The notes beneath the pieces were generated by a model that did not search any database, was not told the origin of the DNA, and saw only the letters and a program-made list of their open reading frames with translations. The translations under genes and the position numbers were made by a program. From contig CAWGXH010000004.1 of assembly GCA_963826525.1 (NCBI GenBank), forward strand, positions 800,001-864,000: a stretch of 64,000 nucleotides of DNA. The letters run 5' to 3'. This stretch comes from an uncultured Methanomicrobiaceae archaeon. Lineage in GTDB: Archaea; Halobacteriota; Methanomicrobia; Methanomicrobiales; Methanoculleaceae. Shown here one piece after another: positions 21,008 to 33,534 of this stretch. How positions within the stretch are numbered: the first letter of the stretch is position 1; each line of letters opens with the position of its first letter.

Positions 21008-21994
21008 ATGCACATTGCGATCATCGGAGCCTCCGGGTACACCGGCGGCGAGCTGATGCGGCTGCTCGCGAACCATCCCTCCGCAGAGGTCGTCTGCGCC
21101 ACGTCCCGCAAACAGGGCGGCCTCCCCGTCGCGGCCGTCCACCCGCACCTCCGCGGCCTGACCGATCTGGTGTTTCAGAATGCCGATATCGATGATATCG
21201 ACGCCGACTTTGCCTTTCTGGCCGTCCCCCATACTGCCGCCATGAAGGTGGCGGGCGCTCTGCTCGAGCGCGGCATCAAGACCGTCGACCTCTCCGCCGA
21301 CTACCGCCTGCCGAAGGATATCTTCGAGAAGGTCTACGGCGTTCCCCACGAGGCCTACTTCGACGCACCCTACGGCCTTCCCGAACTGCACCGGGACGAG
21401 GTGCGGGATGCCGCATTCGTGGCGAACCCCGGCTGCTTCCCCACGGGCGCCACGCTCGCCGCCGCCCCGCTCGCAAAGCACGCCCACACCATCATCTTCG
21501 ACTCGAAGACCGGCGTGACCGGGGCGGGCAACACCCCCTCGGAGACGACGCACTACCCGAATGTCGGCGATACCTTCAGCGCCTACAAGTGGACGACGCA
21601 CCGGCATCTCGCGGAGATGAAGCAGGAGGTCGCGAAGCTCGGGTCGGGTGCCCGTTGTTACTTCACGCCGCATCTCCTCCCCGTCAACCGCGGCATCCTC
21701 ACCACCGCTCACATCCTGCTCAACGAGCCGATGGAGCAGAGCGAGGTCGAGGCACTCTACAAGAAGTACTATCAGGACGAATTCTTCGTCCGCTACCAGA
21801 AACCGACGCTCGCTGCGGTGCGGGGCACGAACTTCTGCGACGTTGCGGTGGAGAGCGAAGGAGATCGCGTCGTCGTCGTCTCGGCGATCGACAACCTGGT
21901 GAAGGGTGCGAGCGGCCAGGCAATCCAGAATATGAATCTTATGTGCGGGCTCTCTGAGACTACTGGTCTCCGCCTCGCAGGGATGTTTCCATAG
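21008..21994 (+). CDS. argC: N-acetyl-gamma-glutamyl-phosphate reductase
   Basis: '[12 protein letters not shown]', 'DLSADYRL', 'ANPGCFPT', '[12 protein letters not shown]'. Confidence 0.96.
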   Translation: MHIAIIGASGYTGGELMRLLANHPSAEVVCATSRKQGGLPVAAVHPHLRGLTDLVFQNADIDDIDADFAFLAVPHTAAMKVAGALLERGIKTVDLSADYRLPKDIFEKVYGVPHEAYFDAPYGLPELHRDEVRDAAFVANPGCFPTGATLAAAPLAKHAHTIIFDSKTGVTGAGNTPSETTHYPNVGDTFSAYKWTTHRHLAEMKQEVAKLGSGARCYFTPHLLPVNRGILTTAHILLNEPMEQSEVEALYKKYYQDEFFVRYQKPTLAAVRGTNFCDVAVESEGDRVVVVSAIDNLVKGASGQAIQNMNLMCGLSETTGLRLAGMFP

Positions 21995-22003
21995 GTGATG
22001 CTC

Positions 22004-22486
22004 ATGCAGGTACGCGATGTTATGACAAAGAATCCCGTGGTCGTGCCGGTCGAGGCACCGATCCGGGAGGCGGCACGGCTGCTCCGGACCTACCGGATCG
22101 GCGGACTGCCGGTGATGAAGGGCGACCATATTGAAGGGATCATCACCGAGAGCGACGTGCTCTCCCTCCTCGATACCGGGAACCTCTCCGACGACCTCTG
22201 GCTCCCTTCCCCCCTCGAGATCATCGAGGTGCCCATCCGTGAGTTCATCAACTGGGAGCGGACGAAGAACGCCCTCTCCGATATCGGCGATATGCCCGTC
22301 GGCGAGGTGATGAGCAGCCCCGCTATTACCATTCGCGAGGATGCGGATATCGAGGCGGCGGCGGCCCTGATGCTCCGCGAGGGGATCGCCCGTCTCCCGG
22401 TGGTGCGGGAGCACCAACTTGTCGGAATCGTGACCCGGGCCGATATCGTCCGCGGCGTCGGGGAAGGTGCGGAGGAGTCGACGTGA
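22004..22486 (+). CDS. CBS domain pair protein
   Basis: Two CBS repeats ('VRDVMT...GIITESD', 'VGEVMS...GIVTRAD'). Confidence 0.9.
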   Translation: MQVRDVMTKNPVVVPVEAPIREAARLLRTYRIGGLPVMKGDHIEGIITESDVLSLLDTGNLSDDLWLPSPLEIIEVPIREFINWERTKNALSDIGDMPVGEVMSSPAITIREDADIEAAAALMLREGIARLPVVREHQLVGIVTRADIVRGVGEGAEEST

Positions 22487-23634
22487 AGAGCATCTGCGCC
22501 GTCGAAGGCGTGACCGCCTGGGGGGTGAAAGAAGGGAAGTACGGCCTCGCCCTCATCCGCGCGAGTGGGAACGCAGCAGGCGTCTTCACCTCGAACCGGG
22601 TGCGGGCCGCACCGGTCGAGCTGATGATGGAGCGGATGCACCGCGGGACGCTCGACGCGATCGTTGTGAACAGCGGGTGTGCCAATGCCTATACAGGTGA
22701 ACGGGGCTACCGCGACGCCGTGGAGATGTGCGAGATTGCCGGATCTGCCCTGCACCTCGATCCGGAGGCGGTCGGGGTAGCGAGCACCGGCGTCATCGGG
22801 CGATACCTCGACCTCGACCGTATCCGCCTGCAGACGGGAGAGGTCGCCAAAAACCTCCGGCGTACCGGCGAAGCGGAGGACGCGGCCGCCCATGCTATCA
22901 TGACCACCGATCTCTTCCCGAAGCATGCCGTCGTGAAGACGGAGTCGTTCACGGTCGGGGGTATTACCAAGGGGAGCGGCATGATCGCCCCGAATATGGG
23001 AACGATGCTCGCGTTCATCTATACCGATGCGGAGATGGAGACACCCGGTCTGCACGGTCTTCTCCGCCAGGCGACCCGGAGGACTTTCAACCGTATCGTT
23101 GTCGACGGGGATACGAGCACCAACGACGTGGCCTTCTGCACCGCCACCGGCGAGGCCGGCCCGGTCGACCAGCACGACCTTGAGACGGCACTCGAAGAGG
23201 TCTGCCGCCGGCTCGCCGTCCAGATTGCGAGGGACGGCGAGGGCGCGACGAAGCTTCTGGAGGTCACCGTCCGCGGTGCTCCCGATGAAGAAGCGGCGGC
23301 CGAGGTCGCACGGACAGTGATAGCATCCCCGCTCGTCAAGACCGCCATCTACGGAGAAGACCCGAACTGGGGCAGGGTCGTTGCCGCAGCGGGTCGGGCG
23401 GGCGTCGAGTTCGACCCCTATGCCGTATCGCTTTCTGTCGGCCGTGGAGGCGAGCGGACGGCGCTTGTTGCGCGGGGCGCGATTGTCGCCGACCTTCAGC
23501 GGGCGAAAGCGGCGATGCACGGTGATACCGTGGCCTTCGAGCTTGACCTCGCCGCCGGCGAGGGCGAGGCGACGGCCTGGGGCTGCGACCTCACCGAGAA
23601 GTACGTGGAGATCAACGGGAAGTACACAACATGA
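22483..23634 (+). CDS. argJ: Ornithine acetyltransferase / glutamate N-acetyltransferase
   Basis: 'NSGCANA.TG', 'IMTTD', '[14 protein letters not shown]', 'DGDTSTND', 'RDGEGATK'. Confidence 0.97.
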   Translation: MKSICAVEGVTAWGVKEGKYGLALIRASGNAAGVFTSNRVRAAPVELMMERMHRGTLDAIVVNSGCANAYTGERGYRDAVEMCEIAGSALHLDPEAVGVASTGVIGRYLDLDRIRLQTGEVAKNLRRTGEAEDAAAHAIMTTDLFPKHAVVKTESFTVGGITKGSGMIAPNMGTMLAFIYTDAEMETPGLHGLLRQATRRTFNRIVVDGDTSTNDVAFCTATGEAGPVDQHDLETALEEVCRRLAVQIARDGEGATKLLEVTVRGAPDEEAAAEVARTVIASPLVKTAIYGEDPNWGRVVAAAGRAGVEFDPYAVSLSVGRGGERTALVARGAIVADLQRAKAAMHGDTVAFELDLAAGEGEATAWGCDLTEKYVEINGKYTT

Positions 23635-24500
23635 AGCGAGAAGACGTTCTGATGGAGGCACTGCCCTATATCCAGAAGTTCCATGGCAAGACGATCGTCA
23701 TCAAACTCGGCGGCCATGCGATGGTCGATGCGAAGATCCTTGAGACCGTCATCCAGGATGCCGTCCTGCTCCACTACGTGGGCATGAAGGTCGTGCTGGT
23801 CCATGGCGGCGGCCCTGAGATCACCGAGAAGATGAAGGCGATGGGGAAAGAACCCAAGTTCGTTGCGGGTCTCCGGATCACCGACCAGGAGACCCTCGAG
23901 ATCGCCCAGATGGTGCTCGTCGGCAAGATCAACGACGGGATTGTCTCCCTCATTGCCAACTGCGGCGCCCGGGCGGTCGGCCTCTCGGGGAACGACGGCA
24001 ATCTGCTGATCGCCCGGAAGATGGATCTCCAGAAGGTCAAAGTCGGCGGCGTCGAGCAGGAGGTCGACCTCGGCCACGTCGGTGAGATCGAGGAGGTCGA
24101 TCCGCGGGTGCTCCACTGCCTGCTCGAGCAGGGGTATATGCCGGTCGTCGCTCCCATCGCCATAGACCGATCGGGAAAGAGCCTGAATATCAACGCCGAC
24201 ACCGCCGCAGCAGAGATAGCAACGGCACTCGGGGCGTTCAAACTCTTCAACCTCACCGACGTCGACGGCGTGATGAACGCTGATCGCTCGCGGATCTACC
24301 ACCGCTTAAAACTCCACGAGGTGGAGGCGATGATAGAGGACGGGATCATCGTCGGCGGGATGATCCCAAAACTCCTCGGATGCATGAAAGCGGTCGGGAG
24401 CGGTGTTGCGAGCGCTCATATCGTGAACGGGAACAAGGGGCACAACCTCCTCCTCGAGCTCTTCACCGACGAGGGCGTTGGGACGATGCTCTCGGCATAA
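23631..24500 (+). CDS. argB: Acetylglutamate kinase
   Basis: 'EALPYI', 'VIKLGG', 'VHGGGP', 'NINAD', 'GGMIPK'. Confidence 0.97.
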   Translation: MKREDVLMEALPYIQKFHGKTIVIKLGGHAMVDAKILETVIQDAVLLHYVGMKVVLVHGGGPEITEKMKAMGKEPKFVAGLRITDQETLEIAQMVLVGKINDGIVSLIANCGARAVGLSGNDGNLLIARKMDLQKVKVGGVEQEVDLGHVGEIEEVDPRVLHCLLEQGYMPVVAPIAIDRSGKSLNINADTAAAEIATALGAFKLFNLTDVDGVMNADRSRIYHRLKLHEVEAMIEDGIIVGGMIPKLLGCMKAVGSGVASAHIVNGNKGHNLLLELFTDEGVGTMLSA

Positions 24501-24516
24501 AACCTTTTTTTCGCCG

Positions 24517-24802
24517 CTACGGTAGGTTCCCGTCCCCGCTGCATTCACGCTGCCGCTCTTCGTTCATATCGATGAGGATCTCGAAGATCTTCCGGACAGC
24601 GGTCGGATCGATCCGGCTCTCCACGGCATAGGTGAAGACCCGTTCGAGCACCAGCGTCTTCTGCTGTTCGTCGTGGATAGGGAGGTCTGCCTCATACTTG
24701 AGGTGAGCGTACGGTTCCTGCAAGGTTCTGCCGCCGTGCGATGAGATCGATGATCGCCTCGTCGATCTCCCGGATCTCTTCCCGCACCGTCTCAAGGGAC
24801 AT
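24517..24802 (-). CDS. Chorismate mutase (AroQ type); frameshift near 24710
   Basis: MSLETVREEIREIDEAIIDLIARRQ..., then LK....PIHD....IFEILI in the next frame. Confidence 0.85.
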
Positions 24803-24908
24803 GGTACTACAGTATCGTGCCGATGAGCGAGATAAATCTGATGCTTTATCCGCCTCCCGGTGCAGGGAGGGGAAGAATATTAAGATGCCGTGGCATACCG
24901 GTTACTGA

Positions 24909-25499
24909 ATGTTGGAACGTATTCCCCTGCGGGAACGCCGGGATCTCGTCATTGCATGGCTGGCAATATCCGTCGCGTTCACCCTGATCTACGTCCGGGG
25001 CGGTGTGACCGTCGAAAACTTTATCCTGCTCTTCGTGATGTCGCTCGGAACGGTCGGTCTCGCATTCGTCCTCCACGAACTCGCCCATAAATTCGTCGCG
25101 ATGCGCTACGGTTACTGGGCGGAGTTCCGGAAGGATAATCAGATGCTCCTCGTCGCCGTGGTGCTCGCGGCACTCGTCGGCGTGGTCTTTGCCGCACCGG
25201 GTGCGACCTACGTCTACGGTAATGCTACCCGCCGGGAGAACGGCTGGATATCGGCATCGGGCCCTATCACGAACCTTCTGCTCTGCATCCCGTTCATCGC
25301 CCTCGTCTTCCTGGGAGCAGATAGCATCCTCGGGCTCTTCGGTATCCTCGGTCTCCGGATAAACGCAATGATTGCCGCTTTCAATATGCTCCCGGTCAGC
25401 GTCCTCGACGGGCGGAAGGTGCTTGCCTGGAACCCGGCCGTCTTCGGCATCCTCATCGCTGCTGCGGTCGGCATGCTGATCTGGTCGCTATCGCTCTGA
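24909..25499 (+). CDS. Membrane zinc metalloprotease, M50 family
   Basis: 'HELAH', 'SGPITN', 'FNMLP...LDG'. Confidence 0.9.
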   Translation: MLERIPLRERRDLVIAWLAISVAFTLIYVRGGVTVENFILLFVMSLGTVGLAFVLHELAHKFVAMRYGYWAEFRKDNQMLLVAVVLAALVGVVFAAPGATYVYGNATRRENGWISASGPITNLLLCIPFIALVFLGADSILGLFGILGLRINAMIAAFNMLPVSVLDGRKVLAWNPAVFGILIAAAVGMLIWSLSL

Positions 25500-25539
25500 T
25501 GCCCGGCATCAAAATCTCTTTTTCCCGGCATCACCCTGC

Positions 25540-28500
25540 TCAGGGGGAGGGAGCTTTGTGAAGCGTGAATAGAAACGCTACTCCCTCCTCCGGACGCCCG
25601 GGTACACGGTCCTTGATCCAGACCCTGCCGCCATAGCGCTCGATAAGCATCTTGACGATGAAGAGCCCGAGCCCCTCCCCGCGCCCCTTCTGCTTCCCCC
25701 GCTCGAAGCGGCGGAACACCTCTTCTTTCGCCTCGTCGGGGATGCCGGGGCCGGTATCCGCGACGGCCACGACCACTTCGCTCCCCTGTTCCTCCACGGT
25801 GATGGTGATCAGAGTGTCGGGCCCGCCGAACTTGACGGCGTTGCCGATGAGGTTTGTGAAGACCTCGGAGAGGAGGTCGTCGGCGAGGACGGTACACGAT
25901 GCGGGGCAGTGCATCGTGACGGAGGCCTCGGGGAAGTGCTCTCGCTCGCCCTCAATGATCCGTTCGAGCGGGAGCGGGGTAAGCGGGACAGCTTTTCGTG
26001 GATCTTTCGGATCGTCGAGACGTTCACGAGGATATCGACGCTCTTTCTGATGGTCTTCTTCAGCTTGTCTGCGTATTCTGCCGCCTGCCCCTCGAGCATA
26101 TCGCTGAGGAGATCGGTGTACAGGGTGGCGACGTTCTCCGCATTCCGAATGTCGTGAGTGAGAATGTCCAGGTACAGGTTTGCCTCGCGGTGCGCCGCCT
26201 CGAGCTGGCAGTTCAGGAGAGCCCGTTCGAGAGCGATCCCGATCTCCCTGCCTATCTGGGCGAGGATGTACCGCTCGGCCTCCGAGAAATGCTGTCCCGG
26301 TGCTCCGATGATGTTGAGGGCACCGAGAACCCGGGTATGCGCCACAATCGGGACACTGGCACAGGCGTACATCGTCTCATCGGGATCGCCCGGGTACCGG
26401 AGCGGCATCGCCTCGAAGAAGAGAGGTATGCCCCGGACGAGGACGGTCTTGTAGGGTTCGTTCTGGATATCCTCGATACACCGCCTGGGCGGGAAGCCTT
26501 CCGGGAGATTCTGTGTGGAAACAAGTTTTGCCCGGCCATTCTCCGTATCGATACGGTATATTCCCCCGCCTTTGAGGTGCAGAAGATCGATGGTCGCTCC
26601 AAGCACCGCCTCAAGCAAAGTGTCGGGATCGGTAGACTCCACGGTTATGCCGATGATCCTGTTGAGGGCGGAGAGGTGCCGGTTCTGTTTTTCGAGTCCT
26701 TCCTCAGCCTGTTTGCGCTCGACCCCCTGCGAAACGACGTTTGCGACCGCCTGCACGAAATAGGCATCATCCTCTCCGAACCGGTGCGGCGTGGTCGAAT
26801 GGACGCCGAGGACCCCGTACGGTTCGGTTCTGCCGTAGATCACGACACTGACACCGCTCATGATCCCATGCTCGTGGAGAATGGCGGGTCCGTGGAACCG
26901 GGTCTCGGTGCGGAGATCGTCGACGACGACCGGTCTGTTCGTCTGGAGGGTATACCCGGCCTGTGAGCCCTCGGCCTCCACCAGGGCATGCCCGACGAGC
27001 CCGTCTTTCCAGCCCACCCCTGCCGCCAGGAGCAGGCCCTGCTCCCCGGGAAGCAGGCGCAGCACCTTGCAGTACCTCGGCGCCGAGAACCCCGGCGACG
27101 GTTCTGACCGTCTCGTCAAGCAGCATGGTAAGGTCGTTGCCGGCAAGGGCGTACTGTCCGAGTCCGGCTATCGCAGCCTGCTGCGCTGCACGGGTCTTTA
27201 CCGTATCCTCGGCCCGCTTGCGCTCGGTGATGTCGTTGTTCGTCTCAAGGATCGTCTCCGGCCGGCCGTCCCGGCTACGCACCAGCGCCCAGCGGCTCGC
27301 CACTACAAGAGTCGATCCGTCGCGGCGGGTATGCGTGAGTTCTCCCTCCCACCGGCCGTCGCGGAACAGGCAGTCCTCTGATCCGCTCGAGCGGTTCGGG
27401 AAAGACCGTCTGCAGCAGGAGATGGGAGTCCCTGCCGAGCACCTCGTCCCGCCGCCATCCGTACTGCTCCTCGGCACCCCGGTTCCAGAAGACGATCCGG
27501 TTCTCCATATCCCGGACGAAGATGGTGTCGTGCGTGAGGTCGAGGAGACTGGCCTGCTTTCGGAGGACGGCCTCCGCTGTTTTGAGATCGGTGATGTCAC
27601 GCGCAGCGGCGAAGACGCCGATCACCCGGCCGGACTCGTCGCGGTAGACTGAGGCGTTGTAGAGTACCGGTGTTACCCGGCCGCCCCTGTGCCGGATCTC
27701 CAGCGGATAATCGCGTACTTCTCCTGCCTCGAAGACCCGGCGATAGCCTGCCCGTGCCCGTTCCGGGTCGGTGAAGTAGTCTGAAAAGTCGGTGCCGATC
27801 AGTTCCTCCCGTGAGTATCCCGTCGCCGCTTCGGTTGCAGTATTGACGTCGGTGATCCGCCCGTCGGGGGAGATGGTGACGAGGGGGTCGGGGTTTGCCT
27901 CGATGAGGCTCCGGTTATAGGCGTTTGCATCCCGGATCGCCTTATCCGCCTCTCGCTGTTTTGTGACGTCTCGTGCCGCTGCAAAGACGCCGGCAACCTC
28001 TCCCTTATCATCACGGTAGACCGAGGCGTTATAGAGGACGGGCGTGGTTCGACCGTCCCTGCGCCGGATCTCAAGTGCATAGTCGCGGACCTCCCCTTCG
28101 TTGAATGCCTGCCGGTAGACTGCCCGTGCCTGTCCCGGGTCGGTGAAGTAGTCTGAAAAGTCGGTGCCGATGAGTTCCTCCCGCGCATAGCCGGTCACCG
28201 CTTCGGTGGCGGAGTTGACGTCGGTGATCCTGCCGTCGGGGCTGATGGTGACGAGGGGGTCAGGGCTTGCCTCGATGAGGCCGCGGGTATAGGAGATCGC
28301 CGCGTAAAGAGCATCTTCCATCCGTCTCTGCCCGGTGATCTCCGTTCCGAACTCGATGATCCCGATCAGCTCACCTGCGTCATCGACCACGGGCTGGCCA
28401 CGAATCCTCCAGGTCCTCCCGTCCGGGGTGGTGACCTCTCCGGCTTTCGGCTCCCCGGTCGCAAGTGCCTCGAGCACCGGGCAGCACTCGCACGGCTCGG

Positions 28501-31345
28501 TTCTGGAGTGCCAGATCTCGTAGCACCTGCCGGTTGTCAGGTCGTCGATCGTCCGTCCGACACTCTCTGCAGCAGCCCGGTTCGCCCACCGGATCGAGAG
28601 GTTCGTATCATAATAGACGAAGAGTTCTCCGGTGGAATCGAGGATGAGGGATTTTTCCCGCTCCGACCGGATGAGTTCCTCTTCCGCCCGCTTCTGTTCG
28701 GTTATGTCGATTCCCGAACCCATCATGCAGAGCGGTTTCCCTGCGCCGTCCGCGACGAGGGTGACCGAGGCCTGCACGGGGAAGGTGGAGCCGTCCTTCC
28801 GTCTGGCTGTAAGCTCCCCCGTCCAGCTGCCGCGCTCCCGCACAGTCTCCGGAACCTGCCTGTACCGCTCCGGATCCGCCCAGAACCGGGATGTCGGGCT
28901 GCCGACCATCTCGTCCGGGTTCGAGTAGCCCCACATATCGAGGGTTGCCTGGTTCACGTAGGTGACGCTTCCCGCAAGGTCGGTAAGCGTGATGGCGTTC
29001 AGAGAAGAGGCTATTGCCATATCCTTGATCCGGAGTTCCTTCTCGGTCAGCCGCTGCTCCGTAATATCGCGGGCTATGGAGAGAATCTGGTCGACCGTCC
29101 CGTCCCGGGAAAAGACCGGAATGGACCGGGAGTCGTAGTAGTGCGTCTCGCCGTCGCGTGCGTAGGTGAGTTCCTGGATATGCGGTCTTCCCGATGCGAC
29201 CACCGCATCGATGATCCGGAGTCTCTCGGAACCCCCCTCCGGGGGAAGATCTCTCTGATACTCTTTCCTATGATATCTTCGGGGTTCTTTCCGAGCCCTT
29301 CTGCTCCTCTCGCATTGAGATAGAGCAGCGTCCCGTCCCGGCCAGTTAATGAGATGATGTCGGGCGATGCCTCCGCAAGCGTCCGATATCGCCTTTCGCT
29401 CTCTATGAGAGCCAACTCCGCCTTTTTGCGCTCGGTAATATCCCGGCCGACCGCCTGCACGCCGATGAGCGTTCCGTCCTGCATTATCGGGGTTTCAGAG
29501 AGATCAATTACGGCAACAGTCCCATCTTTGCGCCGGAACTCGATCTCGGCGCCCGCAATACTTCGACCCTGTTTAACCGCATCTGCGCACCGCTGCCAGG
29601 CGGGGAGGCTTGAGGGCATGACATACTCACGGCACTGGGTGCCGACGATCTCTTCGGGCGCGTAGCCGAGGATCTTCTCCACCGCCGGTGAGATGTAGGT
29701 CACTCCTTCGCTTCGGTAGCAGGTGTAGATCATATTGGAGTGGCGCTGAGCCATTCCCCGGAATTTCTCTTCGCTCTCTCTGAGAGCGGTCTCCATCCGC
29801 TTTCGGTCGGTGATGTCGGCGCCGGATGCCATAAAGCAGATCGGCTCTCCTGCCTCATCGGCAACAACACTGGCGGAAACCTGCACGTCAAAGAGCGTGC
29901 CGTCCTTTCTCCTGGCGGTCAGCTCGCCACACCAGGCATGGTTTCGCCGAATCGCTCCGATGACGTCCCTGGTCTGATCTTCGTCCGGCCAGAGTTCCGC
30001 GGGCGGTCTGCCCCGGATCTCATCGAGATCCGTATAGCCCCACATATCGAGCGCGGATCGGTTCGCGTAGATCAGGTTCCCGCCGGTATCGACAATAGCA
30101 ATGGCATCAAGCGCCGTAGCGATCGCTTTATCCTTGATCCGGAGTTCCTCTTCCACCCGCTTCCGCTTCGTGATATCACGGCTGATCCCCATCAGGCACC
30201 GGATCGCTCCGTCTCGTCCCGGCACCGGGATCAGCCGGGTATCGATCCACATGTCGCCGCCGGGCAGAGGCAGCCCGGTCTCCTCGGTCACCGGCATACC
30301 GGATGCTGTCGCGTGCTCCACCTGCCGCATCCACGATTCGGCTACCTCCGGAGGGAAGATCTCGCGGATGTGCTTCCTCCCGATGAGGCGGGCAGGTTCT
30401 GTCTGCAGCCATGCCGCTCCGTACTCGTTTACATACAGGACATCCCCGCCCGTCGTGATCAGGAAGACGGCGTCGTGCGCCGACTCCGCGAGCGTCCGGT
30501 AGAGGCGTTCGCTCTCTGAAAGTGTCTCTGCAATCCGCCTTTGTGGCGTAATATCAATGCAGGATGAGAGAAAGCAGAGCGGGTTGCCGGCTTCATCTGT
30601 TACCCTGTGCACAGCGAGCTGGACGTCCATCGGCTCTCCGTCCTTCGTCCTGCCCTGCAGTTCTCCAAACCATTCGCCTTTCTGGTGTAACTCCTGGATT
30701 GCCGCTGCTGTCTGCTCACCATCGGACCAGTACCTGCAGACCCTGGGTACCAATAAGTTCACCGGGATCGGTGTATCCTCCCATCTCGAGCAGAGCACGG
30801 TTGACGTAGACGATCCTGCCCGCGAGATCGGTGATGACAATGCCGCTCTTTGCCGTGCTCATCGCCGTTTCAAGGATGCGCAGGTAATCTTCGGCACTTT
30901 TGCTGCCCGTGCTCTCCGTCCCGATGCCGGGGATTCGCATTGTTCGCTCGCCCTCCTCGCCTTCGCAGGTCAGGAACCATAGGAGCCAGTACGTGTGGCC
31001 GGGCGCGGTTTCAACAAGCCTTCCCGAAAAATCGTAGCATCGCCTCGTCCCTGACGAATCCGTCTGGAATATCCCGCGAAATTCCTTCTCTCCCCTCTGC
31101 AGCCGTTCTGTTACAGTTGTGGCCCACCCTTCGCCGCCGGGAGTGTCGGGTTCGTGGGGAGAAGAGAGCGCTCCGAGATCCATCCCGATGAGTTCTTCTC
31201 TCCGGGTTCTGGTGATCTCCTCCATGGCGACACTCATCCAGGCAATCTGCATAGACTCGTCTACGAGGAGCAGCTTCTCGCTATCCAGTGCTTCAAGCAG
31301 TGTGAACGCAGGATTGACGGGTTCACGGGTGTCCAACCGGCGCAT
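25540..31345 (-). CDS. Very large multi-PAS/GAF sensor histidine kinase, broken into six ORF pieces by indels
   Basis: Consecutive PAS/PAC units ('..DITERKRAE'), two GAF domains, H-box 'LDILTHDIRN', HATPase 'NLIGNAVKF','DTGPGIPD','GEGLGL'; TATA near 31410-31418. Confidence 0.85.
27593..28282. repeat. Tandem duplication of one PAS/PAC module, period 372 bp
   Basis: GGTGAAGTAGTCTGAAAAGTCGGTGCCGAT occurs at 27770 and 28142; protein repeat 'LIEA.PDPLVTISPDGRITDVN.ATEA.TGY.REELIGTDFSDYFTDP'. Confidence 0.9.
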
Positions 31346-31484
31346 ACCGTCACCATCTTCAGGATACCGGTTCGGAAGGTCCTGAATAACAGGGGGAATG
31401 CAATGGATCTATATAAAATATGTGTATCGGCACCGGGAGCGGTTCTCCGATGCCGTTCTTTTTTAGGCCGCATGCAGGCAGGGT

Positions 31485-32121
31485 TCAGGACGAATCTCGC
31501 TGTTCCGGTGCGGCATCCTTCTCTATGAGGTGCTCCAGAACACCGACGACCTCGCTTCCCTTCTCCCGCGCCTCGGCAAGCGCCGTCGGGTGGCCACGGA
31601 TGCCCCCGTAGCGATCCATATCGTTTGCGATGATATTGTCGTAGGTACTCAAACCCGGTGGTGTTGAAGAAGGCAGTCATGGCCGGGAAAGCGGCGTCGA
31701 AGACGTTATCCCACCCAAGGCCAGCCGTTGAGAGAAAGATGCCCTTGTGCCGCATGATATGGGCGTGGGAGAAATACAGATCCTTTACGATGAACTTGCG
31801 CGCCCAGAGATACTGCGCCCGGTCGATCACCCCCTTGAGTTCGGCCGTAATGCCCATCGAATAGATCGGGGAGGCGACGGCCAGGCAGTCGGCGGCGAGG
31901 ATCTTCGCAAAGAGGTCGTCGAGGGCGTCGTGGACAGTGCACGCTCCGGTCTTGTGGCAGACATTGCACCCTCTGCAGGAGGAGTAGTCCAGGCTCTTTA
32001 AGACCACCTTCTCGATCTCCGCACCGGCATGCTCTGCTCCTTCCAGAAAAGCGTCGAGAAGCATCTCCGTATTGCCGTGCCGGTGAGGGCTTCCCGATAT
32101 GCCGAGCACCGATGCCGTCAT
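31485..32121 (-). CDS. Iron-sulfur flavoprotein (Isf/flavodoxin family) 1; frameshift near 31643
   Basis: 'GISGSPHRHGNT', CRGCNVC..TGAC, 'ASPIY', 'IDR'. Confidence 0.88.
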
Positions 32122-32732
32122 TCCGCCTTCATCTCCCGGAGCCGCCGGATGACCTCTTTCCCGAGGTGGTAAGCGTTTTCCCGCGCAGTGGGGTGCCCCT
32201 CGATAGCGCCTTTCTCGTCGACGTTCTTCACCAGCAGGTACTCAAGGTCTCTGTTCCTGACCTCGATAACGTTGAAGAAGCACTTGATCGACGGGATTGC
32301 CGCATCGAAGACGTAGTCCCAGTCCTGCCCCGCCGTCGAGAGGAATATCCCGATCCGCTTCCCTTTCTTCTCCGGAGGAACGATCGGGAGTTTCAGGACG
32401 TACTTCCGCGACCGGAAGACCTGCGTCCTGTCGACGAGCGCCTTTGCCTGGGAGGCGAGCCCCATACAGTAGATGGGGGATGCGAGGACGATGCAGTCCG
32501 CCTCGATGATCTTGTCATGGATGACGTCCATGTAATCGCGCTGAACGCATCTATTGAGCTGCTCGCAGGCGTTACATCCGTGACACGGGTGGAGATCGAC
32601 ATCGGCGAGTGCGATCTTGTCGATCTCCACGCCGTCTTCTGCGCCCATCGACTCGAGCACCCAGTCCAGAAGCGTCTCCGAGTTGCCGTGGCGCCGTGGG
32701 CTTGTGGCGAAGGCAAGCACCTTGATCTGCAT
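32118..32732 (-). CDS. Iron-sulfur flavoprotein 2
   Basis: 'SPRRHGNSE', CHGCNACEQLNRC, 'ADCIVLASPIY'. Confidence 0.9.
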   Translation of the reverse strand: MQIKVLAFATSPRRHGNSETLLDWVLESMGAEDGVEIDKIALADVDLHPCHGCNACEQLNRCVQRDYMDVIHDKIIEADCIVLASPIYCMGLASQAKALVDRTQVFRSRKYVLKLPIVPPEKKGKRIGIFLSTAGQDWDYVFDAAIPSIKCFFNVIEVRNRDLEYLLVKNVDEKGAIEGHPTARENAYHLGKEVIRRLREMKAE

Positions 32733-32866
32733 ACTGAATGAATGCTCCGCAGAAGAGAAAAAGAAAGCGGCAGATACTGGCGGCAATCCGGGCTCGACGA
32801 GCGATCGGTCCGCCTCAAAGCCCGTTCGCTTCGGTATCTTCGTAGTGGAAAAGTGAAGGGTTGTAG

Positions 32867-33514
32867 TCAGATCTCCTTGAAGCAGAGGTACCAGTCCTTG
32901 CACTCGTACCCCTCTTTCATCCGCTTTTCGGCTTCCTCGGACGTCTTCGGCGCCGGGACAACGACTTTATCACCGGGCTGCCAGTTCGCGGGAGTGGCGA
33001 CGCCGTGTTTGTCCGAGACCTGGAATGCTTTGATGAGCCGGATGATCTCGGGCATATACCGGCCGTTGCTGAGCGGGTAGTAGAGCATGGCCCGCAGAAT
33101 GCCGCGTTCGTCGATGAAGAAGACCGCGCGGACGGCGGCGGTTGAGTTCTCTCCTGGGTGGAGCATGCCGTAGAGCCGCGCCACCTTCATATCGAGGTCT
33201 GCGATGATTGGGAAGGTGATATCGACGCCCATCTTCTCCTTGATGTTCCTGACCCAGGCGAGGTGGGAGTGGACGCTGTCGATGGAGAGGCCGACGAGCT
33301 GCACGTTGAGGCTGGCGAGTTCGTCGGCGATCCCGGCGAACGCCATGAACTCCGTCGTGCAGACCGGTGTGAAGTCGGCGGGGTGGGAGAAGAGCACCAC
33401 CCACTGACCTCGGAGGCTCGAGAGTTTCATCGGGCCGTGCGTCGTCACTGCCTCGAAGTCCGGTGCTTCCTCACCGATCGACGGCAGTTTCTGGCGTACT
33501 TCAGGTTCTTCCAT
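32867..33514 (-). CDS. Peroxiredoxin (archaeal Prx6/TDXH type)
   Basis: 'FSHPADFTPVCTTEF', 'YYPLSNGR', 'TPANW', 'CKDWYLC'. Confidence 0.95.
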   Translation of the reverse strand: MEEPEVRQKLPSIGEEAPDFEAVTTHGPMKLSSLRGQWVVLFSHPADFTPVCTTEFMAFAGIADELASLNVQLVGLSIDSVHSHLAWVRNIKEKMGVDITFPIIADLDMKVARLYGMLHPGENSTAAVRAVFFIDERGILRAMLYYPLSNGRYMPEIIRLIKAFQVSDKHGVATPANWQPGDKVVVPAPKTSEEAEKRMKEGYECKDWYLCFKEI

Positions 33515-33534
33515 GCTGATCGGGGCCGTCTCCC

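Noticed and set aside
20978-23661. Long antisense ORFs (20978-22417, 22090-23661; likewise 40579-42063 and 1435-2469)
   Set aside because: Shadow frames of GC-rich genes with no recognisable motifs
24803-24850. TRP-like boxes and a GATAAA-N8-TTTATC dyad near chorismate mutase
   Set aside because: Boxes are degenerate with the wrong spacing; the dyad is explained by divergent TATA-like elements
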